From an uncultured Clostridia bacterium (GTDB lineage Bacteria; Bacillota; Clostridia; Christensenellales; UBA1242), in NCBI GenBank assembly GCA_934754495.1, contig CAKVHW010000002.1, positions 138,925 through 202,924 of the forward strand: a stretch of DNA of 64,000 nucleotides, read 5' to 3'. Positions 20,626 to 30,966 of this stretch are shown here, piece after piece (position 1 is the first letter of the stretch; each line of letters begins with the position of its first letter). Under the pieces are notes generated by a model that saw only the letters and a list, made by a program, of their open reading frames with translations, was not told the origin of the DNA and did no database searches. Both the position numbers and the translations under genes were made by a program.

Positions 20626-21042
20626 TTAAAAACCTTCAAAAATTGTTGGAATGCCAACTTTTACATCTTTTCCCACCGCAATTTGTAATGTTAATATATC
20701 ACCAGTGTATATATTATCAAATTTACAATCATACACAATATTGTCAAAAACATAATACTTTTTGACAATATGTATTTGCAATAAGTCAATAAATAATTTA
20801 AAATCTTTTTTAGAAATTTTAAAAGATATATATTTATACCCATTAAATTTAAGGTTTAAATTATCAATATCTTTAATTATGTAGTCCCCCACCATCTGCC
20901 CATTACTAACGTTTTCACATGCAATTTCAACTTGCATTATATCATATACAATGCTATTTAGAACCTGCAGCTTTATGTTATTTACACAAAGCATAAAGGC
21001 AAGCATTAAGCATATAAATACTAAAACATATAATCTTTTCAT
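20626..21042 (-). CDS. Hypothetical secreted or membrane protein
   Basis: 138-aa ORF with a hydrophobic N-terminus (LYVLVFICLMLAFMLCV), on the same strand immediately upstream of the M23 gene. No motif recognised. Confidence 0.55.
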   Translation of the reverse strand: MKRLYVLVFICLMLAFMLCVNNIKLQVLNSIVYDIMQVEIACENVSNGQMVGDYIIKDIDNLNLKFNGYKYISFKISKKDFKLFIDLLQIHIVKKYYVFDNIVYDCKFDNIYTGDILTLQIAVGKDVKVGIPTIFEGF

Positions 21043-21253
21043 ATGTTCTATTTATTGACTAAAATTATTATTATTAAAACCACACTCGGTTTTCTATAAT
21101 GTAAGTTTTTGTCAAAAACTTTTACTTTTATGTCAAAATTTATACAACAAAAAACACAAACAGCAAACTTGACATTCCAGCAATTATAATATAAATGTAA
21201 CACAACTAAACCTTAACATACATAATTACCAACAAAATACATCAAAATAAAAT

Positions 21254-22492
21254 ATGAAAAAATTAATATCTATTGTAATTACAACATCAATTATGTTGTC
21301 ATTTATATTAGGCTTTAAAGTGGTATTTTTTAACAACTATTATTTGTCAAATCAGTACAAAACCTACCCAATTTCAGACGGACTAGCCTATAGTTTCAAC
21401 AAAGAAAAAATCAATTTAGACCTTACAAAAAACAAAGAAGATTTAATAAAACAGGCCAACACATTAATCAATAATGGCAATTATATTGAAGCCAAAGAAC
21501 TGCTACAAGGCAGTATTTTTACAAACGACATACAAGTATTATCACTTCTAAACCTAATCAATTTAAAGCAAAAGCAAGGCAATATGGTGCCTTATTTAGG
21601 CGAAGTAAATATATTAGAATTTAATCCAATTATATCATTTCCCGAGATTTTAAAGAAAAACTCATCATACTCAGTCCAAATGGACGAAAACCAAATAACA
21701 ATAGACGAATTTGAAAGAATACTTCTTTCGCTTTACAACAACAATTATGTTTTAGTGAATATAAAAAGTTTTACAAACAACCCAATACTTCCACGTGGCA
21801 AAAAACCAATTGTATTACTATTAAATTCTAGCGAGTACAGGACAAAACTTGGCAATGTTGACAAACTCATGCTTGACGACAACAACACCCTTGTAACATA
21901 CACCCCAAAACGAAGTATTAACGACCGTTTACATCACTCCAACGACTTTATAACAGCCCTTAGTAAATTTGTTGATAATCACCCTACTTTTAGTCACAAC
22001 AATGCAAAAGGACTAATATGTGTAGACGGTAGCCATGGAATATTAGGATATAAAACACAAAAAACAAACGCTAATAGCAAATTTCAAATAAAAAAGTGCA
22101 CCGAACTTACAACCGTTCTAAAAGATATTGGTTGGCAATTTGCTAGCAAGGGCTATAAATACGGCATAAATGAAAGCGACATAAACTTTTCAAGCGGACT
22201 TTCGCATTGGAAAGAAACAGTAGAGCCAATTCTAGGCAACACTTCTATTTATTACGGAAGTTTTGACCTTAACACAAATGACTACAAACTCTCACTATTT
22301 GATACCTACAACTACAACGTGTTTATCTCCAATACAGCTCTTGAAACCCATAACACAGGCAAAACATTTTATTCTACAACAAAAATTTCCGGCAAAAGTT
22401 TAAGAGAAAATAGTGATGAATTATCAAAATATTTTGACTGCGAAAAAGTATATGACCACCTAAATCGAAACACCACTTTTTGTAGCGTATAA
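21254..22492 (+). CDS. Hypothetical membrane-anchored protein, weakly NodB/polysaccharide-deacetylase-like
   Basis: 412-aa ORF with an N-terminal TM helix. The segment ITIDEFERILLSLYNNNYVLVNIKSF resembles a conserved segment of NodB-fold deacetylases, but I did not recognise catalytic motifs. Confidence 0.6.
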   Translation: MKKLISIVITTSIMLSFILGFKVVFFNNYYLSNQYKTYPISDGLAYSFNKEKINLDLTKNKEDLIKQANTLINNGNYIEAKELLQGSIFTNDIQVLSLLNLINLKQKQGNMVPYLGEVNILEFNPIISFPEILKKNSSYSVQMDENQITIDEFERILLSLYNNNYVLVNIKSFTNNPILPRGKKPIVLLLNSSEYRTKLGNVDKLMLDDNNTLVTYTPKRSINDRLHHSNDFITALSKFVDNHPTFSHNNAKGLICVDGSHGILGYKTQKTNANSKFQIKKCTELTTVLKDIGWQFASKGYKYGINESDINFSSGLSHWKETVEPILGNTSIYYGSFDLNTNDYKLSLFDTYNYNVFISNTALETHNTGKTFYSTTKISGKSLRENSDELSKYFDCEKVYDHLNRNTTFCSV

Positions 22493-22505
22493 TTAGTAAA
22501 ACAAG

Positions 22506-22533
22506 AAAAAACACCTTAAACCAAGGTGTTTTT
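22506..22533. terminator. Bidirectional rho-independent terminator
   Basis: aaaaaACACCTTaaaccAAGGTGTtttt, lying between convergent genes. Confidence 0.7.
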
Positions 22534-22583
22534 CTATTGTTTTAAATATAATGTTACAACAAATACAGAAACTAGAATTGCAT

Positions 22584-23852
22584 TTATTTTCTGTAATTTG
22601 CTTTCATTTTTAGTTCTACAAGTTTTGTTTCTTTATATTTTCTATCACGTTTGTCGCCAATAATAATATCATATAGAATTACAATAAATCCTTGCAAGAT
22701 ATAAATATAATATGATGCAATTCTATATATTAGCATTGCCCAGAAAAGCAAACCATCTGAGAAAAGAGATGCAAACAATGCAGTAAACGAAATTTCTGCC
22801 ACACCAGAACCACCTGGAAGCGGAACATACATCGTAGCAAGTTCACACACAATAAATTTGCAGAATATTATTGAAAATCCCACTTCAATATTATCCGACA
22901 ACATCACATAAATTAAATACGGAATAAGTGCCTTTAATAGCACCACTCCTGCCGATGAAATAAACGCAAGGAGTGACGTCCAAAAGTCTTTTAGGTAAAA
23001 CCTTATACTCTTTTGATATTCACTAAGACTGCGATATACCACACGACTAGTTTTTTCATAGTTTTTAACAAGTTTTATTTTGCTTAAAAATTTTATAAAC
23101 CCAATAATCAGCCTTGATGCAACCTTTTTGCTAAGGGTAATAAAAATAATAAGTAGCAAAAACACAACACTAATTATAAGTGACACAATTGACAAGCCCA
23201 CAACAAGTGATGATTTAGTGCCCCACATTCCAGAGCCCACAATAAGCATAATAAGTGCAATTAGGCAAAATGAAATTTGCGAATACATATACTTAGCAAG
23301 CGGTACAGAAGTAGCCACTCCGGTATTAACACCCCTTGTGCTAAGGTAGTAAATTTGAAAAGGTTGACCACCAAAAGAAAATGGTGTTATACAGTCATAA
23401 TAGCGGCAAATTGCAGTGGACTTATAACTTATAATCGGTCTGCTAATTTTGGTCGCTTTTAGTATCAATAACCATGTTCTAAACGATTCTAAAAACATTA
23501 TTGCCAAAAATACTAATACAATTAAGCCAACGCCTTTAAAACTAACGTTTTCTTTAAACAAGTCGCCAGGATCTTTAATACCGTATTTTCGTGATTGATA
23601 CAAAAGTATAACTACAAGTACAACCACACTTATACAGAAAAAAACAAGGTTTATAATTCGACTTTTGTTGGTTTTTTGTGATTTAACCTTAGCCTCGGTA
23701 TCTTTTAGCACCTGCTCGTCTGCAAGGTTTTCTTTTATCACACCTTCAGCATCTTCGTCTTTATAAACTGCAAATTCTTCAACCATCGATTCCGTGGTTT
23801 CGTTGACTTGGTCGTTGGATATTAAGTTGTCTTTATTTTCTTTATCTTCCAT
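22584..23852 (-). CDS. UPF0104 / lysylphosphatidylglycerol-synthase TM-region family (flippase-like) membrane protein
   Basis: Polytopic membrane protein with the family motifs TPFSFGGQPFQIYYL and PLPGGSGVAEISF. It has an acidic N-terminal extension. Confidence 0.7.
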   Translation of the reverse strand: MEDKENKDNLISNDQVNETTESMVEEFAVYKDEDAEGVIKENLADEQVLKDTEAKVKSQKTNKSRIINLVFFCISVVVLVVILLYQSRKYGIKDPGDLFKENVSFKGVGLIVLVFLAIMFLESFRTWLLILKATKISRPIISYKSTAICRYYDCITPFSFGGQPFQIYYLSTRGVNTGVATSVPLAKYMYSQISFCLIALIMLIVGSGMWGTKSSLVVGLSIVSLIISVVFLLLIIFITLSKKVASRLIIGFIKFLSKIKLVKNYEKTSRVVYRSLSEYQKSIRFYLKDFWTSLLAFISSAGVVLLKALIPYLIYVMLSDNIEVGFSIIFCKFIVCELATMYVPLPGGSGVAEISFTALFASLFSDGLLFWAMLIYRIASYYIYILQGFIVILYDIIIGDKRDRKYKETKLVELKMKANYRK

Positions 23853-23911
23853 AACACACTATCCATATATATACTATCAAATTAAGTCTTACAATGTCAA
23901 AAGGTTACAAT

Positions 23912-23950
23912 AAAAAAACAACATCAAACCACAAAGTATTTGATGTTGTT
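23912..23950 (-). terminator. Rho-independent terminator downstream of the PrsA-like gene
   Basis: AACAACATCAA (23917-23927) pairs with TTGATGTTGTT (23940-23950). A T-run follows on the minus strand. Confidence 0.7.
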
Positions 23951-23969
23951 TAAAAATTTTTTAATTTTT

Positions 23970-25742
23970 TTATTTTGTAAGGTCTTTGTATCTATTTTCG
24001 TATTTAACAATATTAACAAATTCAAAGCAATTGCTTACAAAGTTGCTTGCTGCTGTTTTATAGTTTTCAGTAGCAACAGTGTCATAAATCTTAGCAAAGA
24101 TTGTTTTGTTACTGCTACGTTGAGTCTTAACACTCATTAAGTCTTCAGCAGTAAGTGAATTAATGTCGCTTACAACATTTTTAACAATTCCAGCATGGTA
24201 CAAAATATGAACACCATATTCTGTAATAACCATATCGCTTAAAGCACCTTCTTCTTGTTCCTTGTTAAGTTTTCTTGCAGTATCAGCAAATTCCTTAACC
24301 ATTTTATCTTTTACTTCGGTGTCTAGATTTACAACATAAGCAAAGTCTTTATTCATAATTCCTTCGTCATCGTTGTATAGATAAATCATATCATTAAATA
24401 GTTTTGCACGTTCATTTAGGGCAAGTTCTAATTCTTCACCAGTTTTGCCTTTGTATTGAGCTTTGTTCACATAATTTTTAATTTTATTTGTTACTTCCAA
24501 AGCATTAGAAGTATATTTTTTGCCGTCAATTTCGTAAGTAACAACGGTACGATTTGCAATTTCTTTAACACGAGCATCGTAGTTTTCTTGTGTAATCTTA
24601 TGAGCACTTAGTTTGTTTTTAAGTTCGGTAATTTCGGCTTTTTGCGCATCACTAAATTTCATTAAGATATGAGAAACATACATGTATTCGTTTCCACTAT
24701 TATAGTGATAATAAATGTCGTCAATGCTATCGCCAGCCATTGCTGTATGATATGCACTTTCGTCATTTTCGTATTGGTTCTTTTGAGCAGTATAACGTTC
24801 TTTAAAATAATCTACAACCGCTTGTTTTACACTATCATTCAAAACGTAAACATTGTTTTTAGCATTGTAAGTAAAGTTGTAATTAATGTTGTACCATTTT
24901 TCAAAAATTGAAATATATTCACTTCTTGTATAACTCTTAGTAAGTCTTTCAATTTCTGCATTTAAAACTTCTTGTTCGCCTGTTTTTGCGCCTTCAGCTT
25001 TAGCTGCTTCTTGCAATTGTTTAATATATCTTGTATAGGCTTCTTTAGATACTTCTGGGTCGCTAATTTGTTGTTTGAATGTGTCACCAGCAACTCTTGT
25101 ATCATAAGTTTTTGTTAGTTGATTAGGGTTTAAAATAATTGCTTGTTTTTCTACTTCGGTTGTGCTTCCTTCTACAACAACATCAACCTTAATGTTTGTC
25201 ATAAGCACTTTGCTATCATATGCTTCATATGCTTTTCTAAGTGATTCTACCTTATCTTCTGAAAGGTCATCTTGATTTGTGTAATTGTAATTCCATTCTT
25301 CATACACTTCTTTTTCTAGTGATGTAATTTGTTCTTGAATGGCATCATACACTTTTAGCTTTACTTCGTTTCTATCAGCATCGGTAAATTGAATGTCGTA
25401 ATTTGGATTATCGAAGTAATTTTTCTTAATGTACTTATATAATAGGTCAACATTAACCATATTATTGATGGCATAATTCATGCCTTCGCTTGCTTTAATT
25501 TGACCATTAGAAACGTAATTGTATGCATAGTTGTAATAAGCATTAATAAGGTCTTTTTTAGTATATTTTTCAATGTAATCGTTGTAGTCTTCGCCATATC
25601 CATCTTTAAGTTCTACAGAAATTACAATCTGATTGTAATATTTAGCCTTATTGATTTCAATTAAGTTACAACCCGCAAACATAAACATGCTTAAAAACAT
25701 GGCACATATTACGGTTAATATTTTTTTAGTAGTAGCTTTCAC
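23970..25742 (-). CDS. PrsA/SurA-like peptidylprolyl isomerase lipoprotein (parvulin-type)
   Basis: Lipobox MFMFAGC. Parvulin-like strands YVSHILMKF and ITEYGVHILYHAG are split by a long insertion. GTG start with GGGAGA upstream. The position after mfd matches clostridial loci. Confidence 0.65.
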   Translation of the reverse strand: MKATTKKILTVICAMFLSMFMFAGCNLIEINKAKYYNQIVISVELKDGYGEDYNDYIEKYTKKDLINAYYNYAYNYVSNGQIKASEGMNYAINNMVNVDLLYKYIKKNYFDNPNYDIQFTDADRNEVKLKVYDAIQEQITSLEKEVYEEWNYNYTNQDDLSEDKVESLRKAYEAYDSKVLMTNIKVDVVVEGSTTEVEKQAIILNPNQLTKTYDTRVAGDTFKQQISDPEVSKEAYTRYIKQLQEAAKAEGAKTGEQEVLNAEIERLTKSYTRSEYISIFEKWYNINYNFTYNAKNNVYVLNDSVKQAVVDYFKERYTAQKNQYENDESAYHTAMAGDSIDDIYYHYNSGNEYMYVSHILMKFSDAQKAEITELKNKLSAHKITQENYDARVKEIANRTVVTYEIDGKKYTSNALEVTNKIKNYVNKAQYKGKTGEELELALNERAKLFNDMIYLYNDDEGIMNKDFAYVVNLDTEVKDKMVKEFADTARKLNKEQEEGALSDMVITEYGVHILYHAGIVKNVVSDINSLTAEDLMSVKTQRSSNKTIFAKIYDTVATENYKTAASNFVSNCFEFVNIVKYENRYKDLTK

Positions 25743-25822
25743 AGTAAAATTCTCCCATAATAATTATTAAAGTCTTAGGTATTATACTATTATAATTAAA
25801 AATAATCAAGAAATAAACAACA

Positions 25823-28800
25823 CTAATTAGCCAATATTTCCAAAAAATTGATTATCAAATTAAGAGCATTTTTCATATCAACAATATTTTTTATGTTAAT
25901 TATTGGTTTGTTTTGCACATCTAATACCATATACAAATTAAAACTTTCTAATGCAAGGCTAACTGCACTTAAATTGATGTCGTCATAAAAATAAATTTGA
26001 CTACCAGTGGCTCTAACCACAACACGAGATACTTTTTTGGTGCTCGCCAAGTTTTTAATGAGTGCAATCTTACACAAATTAAACACTTCTTGTGGAACCT
26101 CGCCATATGTTTCGGTAAGCTCGTTAACCACTTTTTGCAATTCTTCTGGAGTGGAAATTTTACTAATTTTAACATAACTACTCATTCTTAGGTCGTGCCT
26201 TTCAATGTAATCATATGGCAAGAATGCATCAAGTTGGGTTTCTATCTTAACATCTCTTACTTGAGCAATCTTTTCGCCTTTTAATTCGCCTACCGCTTCG
26301 GACAATAATTTTAGATACATTGCATACCCAACTTTTTCTATGTGCCCGCTTTGTTCGGCACCAAATATCTTACCAGCACCACGAATTTCCAAATCTCTAA
26401 GGGCAATTTTATAGCCACTACCCATACTTGTATATTCGCTTAACGCCTCAAGACGTTTGTATGCAGTTTCGTTAAGTTCCTTGTTTCCGCTAAAGGTGAA
26501 AAATGCAAATGCTTGCCTATCACTTCTACCAACTCTTCCCTTCAATTGATACAACTGCGACAATCCAAGCATATCGGCATTAATAACAAACAATGTGTTT
26601 GCATTAGGTAAATCAACGCCATTTTCAATTAAGGTTGTGCTTATTAAAATTTGTGTTTCGTTGTTGTAAAGTTTTACAATTGCATCTTCAAGTTTTTGTT
26701 GTTCCATCTGTCCATGGGTGACATCAACCGTTGCATTAGGAAACATTGCTTTCACCTTGGCCGCAAACTCAAAAATTGTTTCAACTCGATTGTAAATTAT
26801 CAACACTTGTCCGCCACGTTCTAACTCAGCATCAACTGCAGTTTTAAGTAATTCATCAGAATATTCTTGCACTCTTACCAATGTAGGAATACGTGACACT
26901 GGTGGCGTATCGATAATGCTAATATCTCTTACCCCCATAAGTGCCATATTAAGAGTACGAGGAATTGGCGTTGCAGAAAGTGTAAGCACATTAATATTTT
27001 TCTTTAACTCTTTAATTTTTTCTTTATCGCCTACACCAAACTTTTGTTCTTCATCCAAAATCAAAAGCCCAAGATTTTTAAATTGAATATTTTTGTTAAG
27101 TAGTTTGTGAGTGCCTACCACTATATCAATGTCACCGCTCTTTAGCCCTTCCTCAACTTCTGCCACTTTTTTAGCAGAACAGAATCTGTTAAGCACCGCA
27201 ACATTAACACCAAAATCTTTCATTCGATATACACACGTATTGTAGTGCTGTTCGCTTAAAATTGTGGTTGGACACAAAAAAGCAACTTGCTTGCCTGCCA
27301 TAATTGTTTTAAATGCACCACGCAAAGCAACTTCAGTTTTGCCAAAACCAACATCGCCACAAATAAGCCTGTCCATAATTTTGCCTTTCATCATGTCAGT
27401 CTTAATGTCAAGCACAGCCTGTTCTTGGTCTGGAGTTTCCACATAGCCAAAACTATCTTCAAATTGTTTTATAATATCATCATCATTAGGATACACATAC
27501 CCTTTCATACCCTCTCTTTCGGAGTAAAGTTTTGCAAGGTTTATTGCAAGTTTTTTAACATTCGCTTTAACCTTTTCTTTGGTCTTTAAAAACTCAGTTG
27601 AACCTAATTTATTAAGTGGCGGATTGTCTTCGCCCACAAACCTTGACAACGAATCAATGTTCTCAACTGGCAAATACAACTTATCAGAGTTTTTATATTC
27701 CACAATAACATAATCTCTTGCAGATTTTGATAGTGTAAGCCTTTCAACACCTAAGCATTTGCCAATACCATATGTGTTGTGGACAACATAATCCCCAGTT
27801 TGTGGCAAAAAGTCACTAGTTTCATTTTTTGCCGATGCTTTTAATATTGGTTTTGCCACACCAAATAAGTTTCCACTTCCTAGCACCAAAACCTTATCAA
27901 GTTCTAGATTTACGCTCATTCCAAAACGTTTAGTAGCAAGATTTATTTCGCCAGTTGTGGCAAAAGATAATGCCCCAATATTATTGTAAGTAAGGTTGTT
28001 GGCCTCAAGCAAAGTAGATATTCTATTATAGCCTTCCTTATTTTTAACATATATTACTATTGTGTATTTTTTACTTTTTAAATTACTAAGGTCAGAGCCT
28101 AGGAGTTTATATTGCCCCCTATAATTTGGCACTGGCACACACTTTAAATTAAACACTTTTGTTGTGGTGAATAATCTATTTGAATTAGTGATGTATTGAA
28201 ACCCAACAACAGGCACATCGCCCAAATTAAGTACGTCTTTAACCACCATTTTTTTGTGTGCTGGCATATCAAGCATACACTTATTATATTCTTTTACTTC
28301 TTCTTGCAAATAAGTGTAAGTAAGTTTGTTGTCAGTAAAACACACCACTGCATCTTCCGGCAAATAATTAACAATATTGTCGTTAATGTACTCACAAAAA
28401 GGCGAACACCAAATCATGTTGTTAAGCTTGTCTTCAAATTCTACAAGTTTTTGTTTTTCTTCATCGTCTTTGACGCTTTTTATAATATCTTCAGTATTTT
28501 CAATCCAACATGCATTGCCAATATTAATTTCATCAACATCTTTTTCATTTATTCGTGTTTCAATGTTAAAAATCTTAATTTTTTCAATTGCATCAAAGTC
28601 AAAATACACCCTATATGCTTCGCCTGAAACAAACTCAACACAATCGCCTTTTAGTGAAAATTGTCCGTCTTTTTCTACATACTCTTCTCTAGTAAAACCA
28701 ACATTAACAAGTTGTTTTACAAGTTCGTCAGGTTGTTTTTTTACACCACTAGACAAGTGAATTGTTTTTGCTCTTAACCACTCCACATTAGGTAATTTAT

Positions 28801-29143
28801 AATACAAAAACATTGGGTTTACAATAAGTGCATCAATCTCGCCATTTAGTACCTTATTTAGTACCTTTAAAACCTTTTCATTATATTCATTATCAAAAGG
28901 GTTAAGGTTATAGTTAAGTTTTTCAGTAAGACATTCTACCCTATAACCTGTTTCAGTAAGTTTTTCTTTAATATTAACCGCTTCTTTCACATCACTGGTC
29001 ACAAAAAGAAGAAACTTACCCGTATCATTAAGTATGGTAAGTTTTGCATCTAAATCGCACCCAAAAACAGTTAGTTTCTCGTGCGGTTTTATTGAGTTTA
29101 TAAGTGTAGCATAAATGCTATTTTTACTCAAAAATTCAATCAT
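25823..29143 (-). CDS. mfd: Transcription-repair coupling factor Mfd
   Basis: GDVGFGKTEVA Walker A, DEEQKFGV, SATPIPRTL, and a 1,106-aa length. Confidence 0.95.
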   Translation of the reverse strand: MIEFLSKNSIYATLINSIKPHEKLTVFGCDLDAKLTILNDTGKFLLFVTSDVKEAVNIKEKLTETGYRVECLTEKLNYNLNPFDNEYNEKVLKVLNKVLNGEIDALIVNPMFLYYKLPNVEWLRAKTIHLSSGVKKQPDELVKQLVNVGFTREEYVEKDGQFSLKGDCVEFVSGEAYRVYFDFDAIEKIKIFNIETRINEKDVDEINIGNACWIENTEDIIKSVKDDEEKQKLVEFEDKLNNMIWCSPFCEYINDNIVNYLPEDAVVCFTDNKLTYTYLQEEVKEYNKCMLDMPAHKKMVVKDVLNLGDVPVVGFQYITNSNRLFTTTKVFNLKCVPVPNYRGQYKLLGSDLSNLKSKKYTIVIYVKNKEGYNRISTLLEANNLTYNNIGALSFATTGEINLATKRFGMSVNLELDKVLVLGSGNLFGVAKPILKASAKNETSDFLPQTGDYVVHNTYGIGKCLGVERLTLSKSARDYVIVEYKNSDKLYLPVENIDSLSRFVGEDNPPLNKLGSTEFLKTKEKVKANVKKLAINLAKLYSEREGMKGYVYPNDDDIIKQFEDSFGYVETPDQEQAVLDIKTDMMKGKIMDRLICGDVGFGKTEVALRGAFKTIMAGKQVAFLCPTTILSEQHYNTCVYRMKDFGVNVAVLNRFCSAKKVAEVEEGLKSGDIDIVVGTHKLLNKNIQFKNLGLLILDEEQKFGVGDKEKIKELKKNINVLTLSATPIPRTLNMALMGVRDISIIDTPPVSRIPTLVRVQEYSDELLKTAVDAELERGGQVLIIYNRVETIFEFAAKVKAMFPNATVDVTHGQMEQQKLEDAIVKLYNNETQILISTTLIENGVDLPNANTLFVINADMLGLSQLYQLKGRVGRSDRQAFAFFTFSGNKELNETAYKRLEALSEYTSMGSGYKIALRDLEIRGAGKIFGAEQSGHIEKVGYAMYLKLLSEAVGELKGEKIAQVRDVKIETQLDAFLPYDYIERHDLRMSSYVKISKISTPEELQKVVNELTETYGEVPQEVFNLCKIALIKNLASTKKVSRVVVRATGSQIYFYDDINLSAVSLALESFNLYMVLDVQNKPIINIKNIVDMKNALNLIINFLEILAN

Positions 29144-29700
29144 AACAAATTAAAGTCTATATTATCTACTTTTCCTTTTGTTTTTATAAATTCTTCTATT
29201 GCCTTATCCGTTTTAGCCAAAATAGTATCAATTTTTTCTCGGTTGTTTTTATTAATTTGGCTTAACACATAGTCTATTAATGACACATTGTCTTCACTTC
29301 CTATGCCTACTCTAAGCCTAGCAAAATTGGTTGTCCCAAGCCATTCTACAATGCTTTTCATTCCGTTATGAGTTCCGGCACTGCCATTTTTTCTAAATCT
29401 AGCTGTGCCAACAGGAATATCAACATCGTCATAAACCACAATCAATTGGTTAAGGTCAAGTTTTAGCATGTTTACCACGTCTGCCACCGCTTGTCCGCTT
29501 GCATTCATATAGGTATGTGGTTTAAGTAGCACAACTTTTTCGCCATCAACAACACCTTCCGCCACCACGCCCTTGTATTTTTTCTTACTAAAAGTTAGTC
29601 CAAATTTTTCGGCAAAGTGGTCAATAGTAATAAATCCCACATTGTGGTATGTATTAGCATATTGTTTGTCTGGATTTCCTAACCCAACAACAACTATCAT
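29140..29700 (-). CDS. pth: Peptidyl-tRNA hydrolase
   Basis: N-terminal VGLGNPDKQYANTYHNVGF signature. ATGA overlap with the mfd start. Confidence 0.95.
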   Translation of the reverse strand: MIVVVGLGNPDKQYANTYHNVGFITIDHFAEKFGLTFSKKKYKGVVAEGVVDGEKVVLLKPHTYMNASGQAVADVVNMLKLDLNQLIVVYDDVDIPVGTARFRKNGSAGTHNGMKSIVEWLGTTNFARLRVGIGSEDNVSLIDYVLSQINKNNREKIDTILAKTDKAIEEFIKTKGKVDNIDFNLL

Positions 29701-29704
29701 ATAA

Positions 29705-30529
29705 TCATTCTTCCTTTTTGTTTATTTTGCTACCTGCTCTAGTTTTTCGGTTTACCAAATTCACTCCGCCACCAAGCAAGCAATTTTTTCTTACTATGCT
29801 TTTTTCAACATAGCAGTAAGGCTTTACAAACACCCCTTCTTCTAAGGTGCTATTCACAATAGTACTACCAGACACACAACATTCACTTGAAACAGTGCTA
29901 TTTTCGATAACATTTTTTTCTTTTAATATTACGTTATCTCCAATAATAGTATTTCCTTTTATCACATTACCACTAAAAATGATTGTGCCTTTGCCAATTT
30001 TCACATCGGCTTCAATGTACGAATTTGTAATTTCAACACCATTCATAACATGTGTAGCAAGTATACGTTCTTGCAAAACTTCAGTTGCATATTTTAGTTG
30101 TTTTTTATCTTCAACCATATAAAAATTTTGTTGGTCATTGTAGTACACACTATCATAAAAAATGTTTTTTTCTTTCTTTAAATATTCAGTTTCAAATGCA
30201 TAACCGCCTGAAAACTTACATGCCTTAATCCCCTTTAAAGTGACATAGTCTACAAGGTTGTTAATAGCATCATTGGTAAGCAAAATAAGGCTATTAGCAA
30301 GTATTATTGTGTATTTAGAATTAGTAAGATATTGCTTAAAATAATCCAAATCAAATTTATCGTTTTTCACAATAACACATGAGTACCCCTTACAAGCACT
30401 CATCACCCACTCGCTCATTGTTCTGCCGAGAATATTAGTTGCAAGTGGTTTTTGTGGTTCTGTAATAAAAATTGTGACCGAATTAAAGTCATTAGGCTTT
30501 AACACTAACTTTTCTGTTTGTGTTTGCAT
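29705..30529 (-). CDS. Truncated or degenerate GlmU-like hexapeptide-repeat (left-handed beta-helix) protein
   Basis: Occupies the glmU position upstream of pth. HVMNGVEITNSYIEADVKIGKGTIIFSGNVIKGNTIIGDNVIL aligns with the start of the GlmU LbH domain. It is only 274 aa and lacks the N-terminal LAAGxGTRM motif and the C-terminal half of the acetyltransferase domain. Confidence 0.6.
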   Translation of the reverse strand: MQTQTEKLVLKPNDFNSVTIFITEPQKPLATNILGRTMSEWVMSACKGYSCVIVKNDKFDLDYFKQYLTNSKYTIILANSLILLTNDAINNLVDYVTLKGIKACKFSGGYAFETEYLKKEKNIFYDSVYYNDQQNFYMVEDKKQLKYATEVLQERILATHVMNGVEITNSYIEADVKIGKGTIIFSGNVIKGNTIIGDNVILKEKNVIENSTVSSECCVSGSTIVNSTLEEGVFVKPYCYVEKSIVRKNCLLGGGVNLVNRKTRAGSKINKKEE

Positions 30530-30966
30530 TTTTCACTCCTTAATTCACTAAAAAACTTTGAAAGCATTTCGCTACATTCTTGTTCCATAACACCACCCTC
30601 TAGATTGGCAAAGTGGTTAAATTTAATATATTCGTTAAGGTCAAGAATTGAATACTTTTTATCATATGCCCCAAAGTACACATTCTTAATTCTTGCCGAA
30701 AGTATAGCCCCATAACACATAAGGCATGGCTCTTTAGTAACATACATATCGCAATCTTCAAGCCTATAATCCCCAACAACTTTGCATGCTTTTTCAATTG
30801 CAATTATTTCGGCATGTTTAATAGGATTATTTAGTTTTGCCTTTTTATTGTAAGCTTTGGCAATTATTTTATCATATTTTACAATCACCACACCCACTGG
30901 AACATCACCATTATCATAGGCTCGTTTTGCTTCTTTCAAGGCAGTTTTCATAAATTTTTCGTTCAT
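30505..30966 (-). CDS. tadA: tRNA-specific adenosine deaminase TadA
   Basis: HAE (KHAEIIAIE) and PCLMCYGAI zinc motifs. The likely start MNEKFMKTALKEAK at 30966 overlaps the upstream stop as TAATG. The track start at 31026 is probably too long. Confidence 0.9.
   Translation of the reverse strand: MNEKFMKTALKEAKRAYDNGDVPVGVVIVKYDKIIAKAYNKKAKLNNPIKHAEIIAIEKACKVVGDYRLEDCDMYVTKEPCLMCYGAILSARIKNVYFGAYDKKYSILDLNEYIKFNHFANLEGGVMEQECSEMLSKFFSELRSEKCKHKQKS

Noticed and set aside
21043-21253. TTGACA at about 21167 with nearby TATAAT/TATAAA-like hexamers, as a promoter for the 412-aa gene. I also checked this 211-nt divergent gap for a small RNA.
   Set aside because: The spacing to the candidate -10 elements is 10 or 15 nt, which is non-canonical. 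I found no stable structured element or conserved RNA motif, so the support was too weak to report as a feature.
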